DNA of 64,000 nucleotides, from positions 7,901 through 71,900 of the forward strand of contig CAYXPQ010000002.1 of the NCBI GenBank assembly GCA_964467225.1, written 5' to 3'. Positions 28,465-36,072 of the stretch are shown in pieces. The DNA comes from an uncultured Candidatus Saccharibacteria bacterium (GTDB taxonomy: Bacteria > Patescibacteriota > Minisyncoccia > Phycocordibacterales > PALSA-1337). The notes under the pieces are model-generated. The model did not search any database and was not told the DNA's origin. It saw only the letters and a program-made list of their open reading frames with translations. The number at the start of each line of letters is the position of its first letter. The stretch's first letter is position 1. Both the position numbers and the translations under genes were made by a program.

Positions 28465-28535
28465 AGCCAAATGTGAGAATCGGACTCACGTTCCTACTTT
28501 ACGAAAGTAGTGTTCTGCCACTGAACTAATTTGGC
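28465..28535 (-). tRNA. tRNA-Thr (anticodon CGT)
   Basis: Cloverleaf with acceptor GCCAAAT/ATTTGGC, D-stem GTTC/GAAC, anticodon stem CTACT/AGTAG and loop TTCGTAA. No CCA. Confidence 0.85.
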
Positions 28536-28638
28536 AAATATATGCCTATATTATTTTATATTAACACATTTAATGACATTTACGTGACCCTAGTCAATTT
28601 GCATTTTTTCTGATACAGTATATTTTACCCTTAATACT

Positions 28639-30156
28639 ATGAACTCAAAAATAATTAAGCGTCCACCAATAGTAGTTATCATGGGTCACATCGACCATGG
28701 TAAATCTACCCTTCTAGACTATATAAGAAAGACAAATATAGTTGCTAGAGAAGCTGGGGGTATTACGCAACACTTAGGAGCATATGAAGTTATGCACATG
28801 ACAAATGAAGGCAAGCAGGGCAAAATAACTTTTTTAGATACCCCAGGTCATGAAGCTTTCTGTAGTATAAGAGAGAGAGGAGCACATTCAGCAGATGTTG
28901 CTGTATTAGTAGTGTCAGCAGAAGATGGAGTTAAACCACAGACTATAGAAGCATTAAAATGCATTATCACTGAGAAGATTCCTTATATTGTTGCAATAAA
29001 TAAAATTGATAGACCTAGCGCAAATATTGAACTTACAAAGCAGAGTTTAGCTGAGAATGAAATATATGTAGAAGGATATGGCGGTGACATACCTGTCGTC
29101 CATATTTCTGCTCTTAATGGAGAAGGGGTTCCTGAGCTATTGGATATGATTCTCTTGGTTACAGATCTACAAGATCTAAAGGCTAATACAGAAGTTAATG
29201 CAGAAGGATCAATTATAGAAGCAAAAAGAGATAGTAAGAAAGGCATCTCCGCAACACTCTTAATCAAAAATGGCACAATCAAAAGTGGAATGTATGTAGT
29301 AGTGGAGAATGCTATATCACCAGTAAGAATTTTGGAGGATTATCAAGGTAAATCTATCAAATCCGCAACTTTCTCAAGTCCAGTTAGAGTAATTGGTTTT
29401 GACAAAATACCTAGAGTTGGTGCGAATTTTATTACCTGTAATAATAAAAAAGACGCTGAAGAGATAGCTAATCAATTCAAAAACAATACAAAAGCAAAAG
29501 TAACTCAGTCAATCAAAAAGGATGACAATGACACAACAGTAATAATACCTATCATTATAAAAGCAGATGTAATAGGAAGTCTTGAAGGAATAAAATATGA
29601 ATTAGCTAAAATTAAAAACGATAAAGTTAAAATCAAAATAGTTTCAGAAAGTATTGGAGATATAAATGAGAATGATGTAAAAACAGCACAAAGTGATCCT
29701 AATATCATTATTCTCAGCTTCAATACAAAAGCCGATTCAAAAGCTAGTGGCATCATAGAAAGAAATAATATTCAGGTAAAAACATTTGATATTATCTACA
29801 ATCTAATAACTTATCTTAAAGATATTGTTACTTCAAAAATTCCAAAAGAATACATTGATGAAGTATCTGGTCTAGCAAAAATACTTGCAGTATTTAGTAA
29901 AAATAAAGACAAACAAATATTAGGAGGTAAAGTTCAATCTGGAAGCTTGGTAGTAGGATCAGAAGTTAAAATCTTAAGAAGAGATAGTGAAATCGGCCGA
30001 GGCAAAATAAAAGAGCTTCAACAACAAAAAGTCAAAACTGATGAGGTTAGAGAAGGTTATGAATTTGGCTGTATGATAGAGTCAAAAACCGAAATAGCTG
30101 AAGGTGATAAAGTCCAAGGTTTCATCACAATCGAAAAGATAAATTCAATTAAATAA
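28639..30156 (+). CDS. infB: Translation initiation factor IF-2 (short form, G-domain at N-terminus)
   Basis: 505 aa with G1 GHIDHGKST, DTPGHEAF and NKID, followed by beta-barrel domains. Confidence 0.9.
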   Translation: MNSKIIKRPPIVVIMGHIDHGKSTLLDYIRKTNIVAREAGGITQHLGAYEVMHMTNEGKQGKITFLDTPGHEAFCSIRERGAHSADVAVLVVSAEDGVKPQTIEALKCIITEKIPYIVAINKIDRPSANIELTKQSLAENEIYVEGYGGDIPVVHISALNGEGVPELLDMILLVTDLQDLKANTEVNAEGSIIEAKRDSKKGISATLLIKNGTIKSGMYVVVENAISPVRILEDYQGKSIKSATFSSPVRVIGFDKIPRVGANFITCNNKKDAEEIANQFKNNTKAKVTQSIKKDDNDTTVIIPIIIKADVIGSLEGIKYELAKIKNDKVKIKIVSESIGDINENDVKTAQSDPNIIILSFNTKADSKASGIIERNNIQVKTFDIIYNLITYLKDIVTSKIPKEYIDEVSGLAKILAVFSKNKDKQILGGKVQSGSLVVGSEVKILRRDSEIGRGKIKELQQQKVKTDEVREGYEFGCMIESKTEIAEGDKVQGFITIEKINSIK

Positions 30157-30157
30157 A

Positions 30158-30490
30158 ATGAGTAGTTCAAGAGATCAAAAATTAAAGGATGTAATAAAAG
30201 AAGCTGCTGCCCTTTTCCTCCAAAAAGAATCAAATTACACATCAATTCTTACCGTTACAGATGTGGCTTTGTCTGAGAAGAGCAATAATGCGACAATTTA
30301 TTTTACTGTTCTTCCTGATAATAAGGAGAAAGCTGCACTAGACTTTGTAAAAAGAAAAAGAGCAGAATTCAGGGAATATTTCAAAAGTCGTGCTAGAATG
30401 AGAGTTCTTCCATTTTTTGATTTTGAAATAGACAAGGGAGAAAAAAATCGTCAAAGAATAGACGAAATAGCTAGAAATGTTATAGAATAA
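30158..30490 (+). CDS. rbfA: Ribosome-binding factor A
   Basis: 110 aa of KH-like fold, in the conserved position immediately after infB. Confidence 0.8.
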   Translation: MSSSRDQKLKDVIKEAAALFLQKESNYTSILTVTDVALSEKSNNATIYFTVLPDNKEKAALDFVKRKRAEFREYFKSRARMRVLPFFDFEIDKGEKNRQRIDEIARNVIE

Positions 30491-30504
30491 TCAAAGTTAA
30501 CCAT

Positions 30505-30578
30505 GGCGTAGTGGCGAAGTTGGTCAACGCGACAGTCTGCAAAACTGTTATGCACCGGTTCGATCCCGGTCTACGCCT
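30505..30578 (+). tRNA. tRNA-Cys (anticodon GCA)
   Basis: Cloverleaf with acceptor GGCGTAG/CTACGCC, anticodon stem ACAGT/ACTGT, loop CTGCAAA and T-arm ACCGG-TTCGATC-CCGGT. Confidence 0.85.
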
Positions 30579-30587
30579 CAATATTAT

Positions 30588-30896
30588 TTATTCCCTGTGC
30601 AAACTCTTGAATACTGAACCAATAATAAAGAACACTAGTGACAATCCAATAATTACAATAGCTGCACCTTGTTGATAATCAGTGACTTTTAAATTGTCTG
30701 TAAAATAACCAACCACAGTAACAAAAACAGTTAGTAAAATAAATACAGAAAAAGTAGATTTAAAGGGGTACCTACTAACTTTAGTAGAATCATCTAATTT
30801 AAACATTGGATCAGGTTTTATAGCTCCTTCCTTTTCTAAGACAGTTATTTTCTCTTTAACTGATTTTGCTAATAAGTCCTCGCGTATATTTTGCAT
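30588..30896 (-). CDS. Hypothetical small membrane protein
   Basis: 102 aa with two TM helices, embedded in the tRNA cluster. Confidence 0.4.
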   Translation of the reverse strand: MQNIREDLLAKSVKEKITVLEKEGAIKPDPMFKLDDSTKVSRYPFKSTFSVFILLTVFVTVVGYFTDNLKVTDYQQGAAIVIIGLSLVFFIIGSVFKSLHRE

Positions 30897-30963
30897 ACTA
30901 TAATTCTAACATATAATATATTTTGATTATCAACAGCAAAAATGTTAGACTACATTTAGAAAT

Positions 30964-31045
30964 GCCCGAGTGGTGGAACTGGTATACACGCACGACTTAA
31001 AATCGTGTCCTTTACAGGATGTGGGTTCGATTCCCACCTCGGGCA
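30964..31045 (+). tRNA. tRNA-Leu (anticodon TAA)
   Basis: Class II tRNA with a long variable arm, anticodon stem CACGA/TCGTG, loop CTTAAAA and acceptor GCCCGAG/CTCGGGC. Confidence 0.85.
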
Positions 31046-31117
31046 CAGACATCATACAATTGCTAAATAACTATATTTCTGTTATATTTTTTATACAAAA
31101 TATAATAAATACAGTAT

Positions 31118-31190
31118 GCGTCCATAGCTCAGCTGGTAGAGCAGATCCCTCTTAAGGATAAGGTCGTAGGTTCGATCCCTACTGGACGCA
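31118..31190 (+). tRNA. tRNA-Lys (anticodon CTT)
   Basis: Cloverleaf with acceptor GCGTCCA/TGGACGC, D-stem GCTC/GAGC, anticodon loop CTCTTAA and T-arm GTAGG-TTCGATC-CCTAC. Confidence 0.8.
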
Positions 31191-31209
31191 CCCGTTATAT
31201 AACGGAAAT

Positions 31210-31291
31210 GCCGGGGTGGCGAAATTGGCAGACGCACTTGCCTTAGGAGCAAGCGGGGTAACCCATGGAGGTTCAAGTCCTCTCTCCGGCA
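31210..31291 (+). tRNA. tRNA-Leu (anticodon TAG)
   Basis: Class II tRNA with acceptor GCCGGGG/CTCCGGC, anticodon stem CTTGC/GCAAG, loop CTTAGGA and a long variable arm. Confidence 0.85.
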
Positions 31292-31453
31292 CTAGATTAT
31301 TACTATAATAAATATAGCAGCAATATGTGCCTTATTAACCATTGACTTTCATGGTCATTTATGATACATATCTAATGTAGATTTCCTTTACCAGATGTGA
31401 TGAACATTGGTTGAAAGGAAACGAAACTTTGACAACTAGTAGAAAGACATGTT

Positions 31454-32266
31454 ATGGCAAACCCAACAAATCCGCCTGGACCGACACCGAATCCGACACC
31501 AACTCCAGCGCCTGCTCCACAGCCTGCGCCGAATCCGACACCTGCTCCACAACCCCCAAGGAGAATCTCGAGAACTCTGCCTAGTTTGACTCAATTCTGG
31601 AACAAACATTACATGAAATTTTGGGGGGTGTTAGGGGTTTTCCTTGTACTGGTTTTTTTTGTTTCTGTATTTCTTATCATCGACCCTGTGGGAAGATATC
31701 AGAACTATAAGAAACAGCATACCGAAGAGGATTCGAAATCCCAAACTTCACCCAACACAAGCGATTTGGTAACAGTTCCGATAACCAACACCTCTCCCGA
31801 TTCGATCGTACTAGACAGCAACAGCAGAGAAGGTGTGTCTGTTAGTCACTCGACTAACGGCAATGCCATAAAAGTTGTGGGCAACAAAGATTCCCGAGTA
31901 ATAATCAGCATCGGGAGTGACAACCCCACGATTGCTCAATCTCGAAACCCCCTACTCAACCCGGACAGGGTGATCAAGCTCGATGCCTTGAGAGACGGGA
32001 AAATTGAAGCCATTACTGGCTTTTACTACATCACGAATACGGTAAATGCCCTGGAAAACGTTTTGTTCCAGATACCGACGGGATGGGCTATGCAAGCCTC
32101 TACTCTTCCATATCCACCAGGGATGGTGAAGGCGTTAGATGAGCGAGGAAATCCGCTTAATGGTAAGTTGGTAAGTGGAGGTTGCATGTTGGTTCAGAAT
32201 TGCAGTTCCACAATCGATGTAGAACTAAGATGGGAGTGTATGATAATTGCCACAAGTGGCAAGTAA
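31454..32266 (+). CDS. Membrane-anchored protein with Pro-rich N-terminal low-complexity tail (GC-rich island gene 1)
   Basis: 270 aa with a PTPNPTPTPAPAPQPAPNPTPAPQPP tract, one TM, and an extracytoplasmic domain ending in a Cys cluster. The gene is GC-rich. Confidence 0.5.
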   Translation: MANPTNPPGPTPNPTPTPAPAPQPAPNPTPAPQPPRRISRTLPSLTQFWNKHYMKFWGVLGVFLVLVFFVSVFLIIDPVGRYQNYKKQHTEEDSKSQTSPNTSDLVTVPITNTSPDSIVLDSNSREGVSVSHSTNGNAIKVVGNKDSRVIISIGSDNPTIAQSRNPLLNPDRVIKLDALRDGKIEAITGFYYITNTVNALENVLFQIPTGWAMQASTLPYPPGMVKALDERGNPLNGKLVSGGCMLVQNCSSTIDVELRWECMIIATSGK

Positions 32267-32425
32267 CTTCCATCACTCAAAGGGGCGTCACGCAAGTGGC
32301 GCCCTTACTTTTTATATTTAATCATTTATCAATTTATAATGATTTTTCATCATTGACTTACATCAAAAATCATGCTATTATACTAAGTAGACTTTAGTGA
32401 CTTATCCAAGTCTCCTCTACACTTT

Positions 32426-33418
32426 GTGTATTGGGAAATGAGGAAAAGTTTTGACAATCACTGGAAAGAGAGAATGAAAAATAATGACATTTCATACCTA
32501 GGAGCATTCCTTAGGTTCATCCTACTTGGAGGTATTGTGTCGGTAGTCATCTGGTTGATTCTCGGAACAAACACCAAGAATACCCTGTTCATAGGGTTCT
32601 TGGTATGGGGATCACTGTACTTCTTTGTTTTGTTTGATCGCTTTTGGATTAACCCAGACGCAAACACCCAGGTCATACTACAAAATTATTTCCAAAAACC
32701 CAGTAACGGTGGTTATGGAAATATGGTAGACGATCTTGAAATACCAAAAGGACAAAGAGTGGTGGGTACCGGCTGGTCACCAAAGAGGTTCTTTGAGTAT
32801 CCAGTTGGAAATCCAATAGCTACCAAGAATGAGGAAGTTAGAAAACCGATTGAAATCAGGGATAAAAATAACATACCGTTTTCTATTACTCTTCGATTCT
32901 TCTTGAGACCAATCAAAGGTCACTATCTGGCTCGATATCCTTTAATACCAGATGATGTAGCGAAAGACTACTTTACTGGGAGATTCACACAATACATGGA
33001 AGGTGTATTGGCTGACAAAGACGGGGACAAAGATGTCATCAACAAACTTGAAGATGCCAAGAGTGACTTTGCATTAGGTCTTGAGGCAATCTTCGGTGGT
33101 TCAAATACCATTAGTGATGATGAAAAAAGGTATGCAAGAACCGTTCATGACATTGCAATTGTTGAGATTGCAAAAGGAAAAACCGCTCAAGCTGCAGCAC
33201 AAGTCGAGGTGATGGCTCAACAACTGGCCACCGCAACGGAAACTCTTATTAGGAAGGGGGTAGATCCGAGCATAGCAGCTTCCATATCAGCAGCATTAGC
33301 TGAAACTAATGCTGATATAAGGATATTTGGCATCAGTGGTGCAGAACATCTCACACACCTTGGACTCGGTGCTGACACTGATAAATCCAAAGGTCAGAAG
33401 GGAGGCAAATCAAAATGA
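32426..33418 (+). CDS. Membrane protein with SPFH/band-7-like domain and Ala/Gln-rich coiled coil (GC-rich island gene 2)
   Basis: 330 aa with two N-terminal TM helices, a mixed alpha/beta domain, and a C-terminal AKGKTAQAAAQVEVMAQQLATATE coiled coil with a Lys-rich tail. Confidence 0.45.
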   Translation: MYWEMRKSFDNHWKERMKNNDISYLGAFLRFILLGGIVSVVIWLILGTNTKNTLFIGFLVWGSLYFFVLFDRFWINPDANTQVILQNYFQKPSNGGYGNMVDDLEIPKGQRVVGTGWSPKRFFEYPVGNPIATKNEEVRKPIEIRDKNNIPFSITLRFFLRPIKGHYLARYPLIPDDVAKDYFTGRFTQYMEGVLADKDGDKDVINKLEDAKSDFALGLEAIFGGSNTISDDEKRYARTVHDIAIVEIAKGKTAQAAAQVEVMAQQLATATETLIRKGVDPSIAASISAALAETNADIRIFGISGAEHLTHLGLGADTDKSKGQKGGKSK

Positions 33419-33786
33419 ATACTAAGAAATTAGGAAAATGGCTTGGTGCCGCATTCCTACTACTGATGTGGATGCTTTACAGATCTAGCACGTGGTCAAA
33501 TACTGAGAAATCAGATCAAGCCACCACCTTCACCACCCCCATCACCCCCAGCGAATGGACCTGCATACCCACCAAAGGTAAAGACCTCCATTTCTCAATC
33601 ACCCCAACCAATGGGGTGAAACTCAAATACACCGTTGTACTCGACGGCAATATGAGCAACAAGTTTGTCTTTCCAGGGACAAACATACCGCCACACTTGT
33701 ACTATGGTGTGACAAATCTCTGGGTCAAGCTTAATAGTGGACAGATCCATAATGTTGGATACTTGTCCTACTATTGGACTGACTAG
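33415..33786 (+). CDS. Small secreted protein (GC-rich island gene 3)
   Basis: 123 aa with a signal peptide (MNTKKLGKWLGAAFLLLMWMLYRSSTWS). It overlaps the previous gene by 4 nt. Confidence 0.45.
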   Translation: MNTKKLGKWLGAAFLLLMWMLYRSSTWSNTEKSDQATTFTTPITPSEWTCIPTKGKDLHFSITPTNGVKLKYTVVLDGNMSNKFVFPGTNIPPHLYYGVTNLWVKLNSGQIHNVGYLSYYWTD

Positions 33787-33793
33787 AGACCAA

Positions 33794-33830
33794 GAGACCT
33801 GCACGCGAGCGTGCAGGTCTCCTTTCTTTT
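33794..33830. terminator. Strong GC-rich bidirectional terminator at the island/pilin-array boundary
   Basis: Perfect 12-bp stem GAGACCTGCACG-CGAG-CGTGCAGGTCTC followed by CTTTCTTTT. Confidence 0.6.
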
Positions 33831-33852
33831 AAATTTTTTAGTAATTCAGTAA

Positions 33853-34152
33853 CTAGAATGGTAATACTTCGGGCTGTCCAACTGTATTAGCGACAAATCT
33901 TATTATTCCATATACAGACACCATAATGAATATTCCCACTACTCCCCATAATATATGATTCTTGGATTGATTCCTTCTATCTTCATCTCCCCTGAAGAAT
34001 CCATACAATCCCCATATAAATACTAGAATTGTGACCCCAAATAAAACTTGAATTACAGGCATAACAATATTATCTACAATTTTTGGTACTATAGCATTAA
34101 GAGCCGCATCTGCATTTGAGGCACCATAAACAATTGTAAATAATGGAAACAT
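33853..34152 (-). CDS. Small two-TM pilin-like protein, paralog 1 (VirB2/TrbC-like architecture)
   Basis: 99 aa with two hydrophobic helices separated by the charged loop RGDEDRRNQSK. It is similar to the four upstream paralogs. Confidence 0.5.
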   Translation of the reverse strand: MFPLFTIVYGASNADAALNAIVPKIVDNIVMPVIQVLFGVTILVFIWGLYGFFRGDEDRRNQSKNHILWGVVGIFIMVSVYGIIRFVANTVGQPEVLPF

Positions 34153-34158
34153 ATAAAC

Positions 34159-34530
34159 TTATCTACTTACATTAGTATTTGGATCTATTGTCTTTGGGAA
34201 AAATTGAGTTGGAACTGTATCATCTGTTCTAAATGATCTCTTAAGTATATTTACAAGACCCCAAATAGATAGAATAACAAATAATCCAATAACACCATAT
34301 AATATAGCACGTCCACCTTCTTTTCTTTGATCTTCACCACCTGCGATCAAATACCTTACAACATTCACAACAATCCAAATAACAGAGAATGAAATAAGGA
34401 GAATTATTATTGTATCGCCGATCGTTGTTGCCTTTCGAGTTACATCATCAAGATTATTTATTTGACCAGTAACTTGAGCAAAAACTGATACAGGCACGAG
34501 AGAAATCAAAAACGCAATGAATTTTTTCAT
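34159..34530 (-). CDS. Small secreted two-TM pilin-like protein, paralog 2
   Basis: 123 aa: signal peptide, TM1, loop IAGGEDQRKEGGR, then TM2 ending WGLVNIL. Confidence 0.5.
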   Translation of the reverse strand: MKKFIAFLISLVPVSVFAQVTGQINNLDDVTRKATTIGDTIIILLISFSVIWIVVNVVRYLIAGGEDQRKEGGRAILYGVIGLFVILSIWGLVNILKRSFRTDDTVPTQFFPKTIDPNTNVSR

Positions 34531-34626
34531 AATTAATTATTTAATAATAAACTTCTAATACAGTCCATATTGTAACATTTAGATACCCATTTACAAACTT
34601 ATCTGTGGAAAGAAAGAATAGTGATA

Positions 34627-35181
34627 TTACATATCTCTATTACTATCATAATCAGTATTTGATCCAGAACCAGGATTTGAAACACCACCAAGATTTGTCG
34701 AGCCACCAGTATTAGATACTCCACCCAAATTTGTGGATCCACCTGTATTTGAAACACCACCAAGATTTGTTCTAGAACCTCCTCCTGAATTAAAGATAGG
34801 ATTTGAACTACTATTGTTACTAGATCTAAAACTTCCAAATATAGTATTAGGTGGCAAGTTATTATCTAACTTGAAGCTATTCATCAATATATTTACCAAA
34901 CCCCAAAAAGAAAGCATAACAAAGAAACCTATCACACTCCACATTACATATAGTCCAGCCTCTTTCTTTGCAGTTACATCATCACTACCAGAAATAAAAT
35001 ATTTGTAAACATTGTATACAAACATGAGTACAGCTAATGAAAGTATAAGATATATTGCAATTTGTATATAATCAGTTATTACTCCTGCCAAACCCCTTAA
35101 ATCTTTAGTTTGTTGAGCATAAGATAGGAATGGTATAAAAAATAATGAAGTTATAATTGTTTTTAATTTAAAATTTTTCAT
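34627..35181 (-). CDS. Small secreted two-TM pilin-like protein, paralog 3, with a C-terminal Gly/Ser/Asn repeat tail
   Basis: 184 aa: signal peptide, TM1, loop ISGSDDVTAKKEAG, TM2 ending WGLVNIL, then 3x GGVSNTGGSTNL. Confidence 0.5.
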   Translation of the reverse strand: MKNFKLKTIITSLFFIPFLSYAQQTKDLRGLAGVITDYIQIAIYLILSLAVLMFVYNVYKYFISGSDDVTAKKEAGLYVMWSVIGFFVMLSFWGLVNILMNSFKLDNNLPPNTIFGSFRSSNNSSSNPIFNSGGGSRTNLGGVSNTGGSTNLGGVSNTGGSTNLGGVSNPGSGSNTDYDSNRDM

Positions 35182-35186
35182 ATTTA

Positions 35187-35645
35187 TTATTTTATTGGAC
35201 TATTAAGAATACCCTCTTTCACCACTCCAGCTTGCTTCAAAGTATTTTGTACTATAGTAACGATTACCTTGGAACTTATCAGTACTGCTAATCCTATTAT
35301 TATATATGTAAATTTCTTTTTTGCATCTTCTATCTCTTTTGGATTTCCTTGAGCCAAGACGAATTTGAAACCTGTGAATATAATTGCAAATACTGCATAT
35401 AGTATTCCTATATAAATTAGTATGTCTATGCCTAAATAAATAACTTCTTCAACGCTATCAACCTTTAGAGGGTTCTGAAGCTTCACTAACTGCTGAACTG
35501 GTGTTGTTTTATTTGGATCAGGTTTACCACTAACCGAACCATCAGACACCTTTCCACTGACACTTCCATCGGACTGTGCTAGAACAATATTGGATGCAGA
35601 TAATAATAATATTGTTATTAAAAAAATTTTAATTAATTTATTCAT
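35187..35645 (-). CDS. Small secreted two-TM pilin-like protein, paralog 4, with an N-terminal SDGSVSGK repeat
   Basis: 152 aa: signal peptide, 2x SDGSVSGK, TM1, loop AQGNPKEIEDAKKK, TM2. Confidence 0.5.
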   Translation of the reverse strand: MNKLIKIFLITILLLSASNIVLAQSDGSVSGKVSDGSVSGKPDPNKTTPVQQLVKLQNPLKVDSVEEVIYLGIDILIYIGILYAVFAIIFTGFKFVLAQGNPKEIEDAKKKFTYIIIGLAVLISSKVIVTIVQNTLKQAGVVKEGILNSPIK

Positions 35646-35646
35646 A

Positions 35647-36072
35647 TTATTTTAAATTAGACAGTGTATCTATTCCAGTAAAATTAGGATTCTTTATCCA
35701 ATCTACCAATGTTGTAACAATAAACCATGCTGTCAATGCAATTATAAAACCTATAATTGCATTTTTCATTATCTCTCGAGACCTCTTCAGATCTGTCTCG
35801 GAACCACTAATATGCAGATAACCTGCGTATGCGAACATTCCGGCTACTACTGGAAGTGAAAGTGTAAATGCCCAATTTATCAGTTGATTTATTATTACTA
35901 TAAGATTATAGAAATTACATGATATATTCCTATCTGGTTCAACTAGTTCATTAACCACTCCATCGCATTTTACTAATCCACTATAATCAAGTGAGGCTCC
36001 AACACCCTGAGCCGAAGAGTCATTTGGTATTAGAACTAGTGATAATAGAAATATTAATAATAACTTTTTCAT
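35647..36072 (-). CDS. Small secreted two-TM pilin-like protein, paralog 5
   Basis: 141 aa: signal peptide, mature region with 2 Cys, TM1 (VVAGMFAYAGYL), loop ISGSETDLKRSRE, TM2. Confidence 0.5.
   Translation of the reverse strand: MKKLLLIFLLSLVLIPNDSSAQGVGASLDYSGLVKCDGVVNELVEPDRNISCNFYNLIVIINQLINWAFTLSLPVVAGMFAYAGYLHISGSETDLKRSREIMKNAIIGFIIALTAWFIVTTLVDWIKNPNFTGIDTLSNLK

Noticed and set aside
28450-28470. TTG start of the prfB track ORF
   Set aside because: It overlaps the 3' end of tRNA-Thr, and an in-frame ATG 21 nt downstream gives a clean gene boundary.
30970-31276. 61-aa ORFs 30970..31155 (+) and 31091..31276 (-)
   Set aside because: They are translations through tRNA-Leu, tRNA-Lys and tRNA-Leu genes.
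32182-32916. Short ORFs 32182..32397 (+), 32458..32676 (-), 32713..32916 (-), 33595..33804 (-)
   Set aside because: They overlap the three GC-rich island genes in other frames or antisense. High GC lowers stop frequency and produces such ORFs.
30505-33850. Classical integrative element (phage or ICE) at the tRNA cluster
   Set aside because: No integrase or recombinase ORF was found and no direct repeat of a tRNA 3' end at the distal boundary. The region is described as a GC-rich island without mobility genes.
34599-34838. 79-aa and 91-aa ORFs (34599..34838 minus, 34733..35008 plus)
   Set aside because: Both are low-complexity translations of the 36-nt repeat region inside pilin-like paralog 3. 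They are alternative-frame and antisense artefacts.
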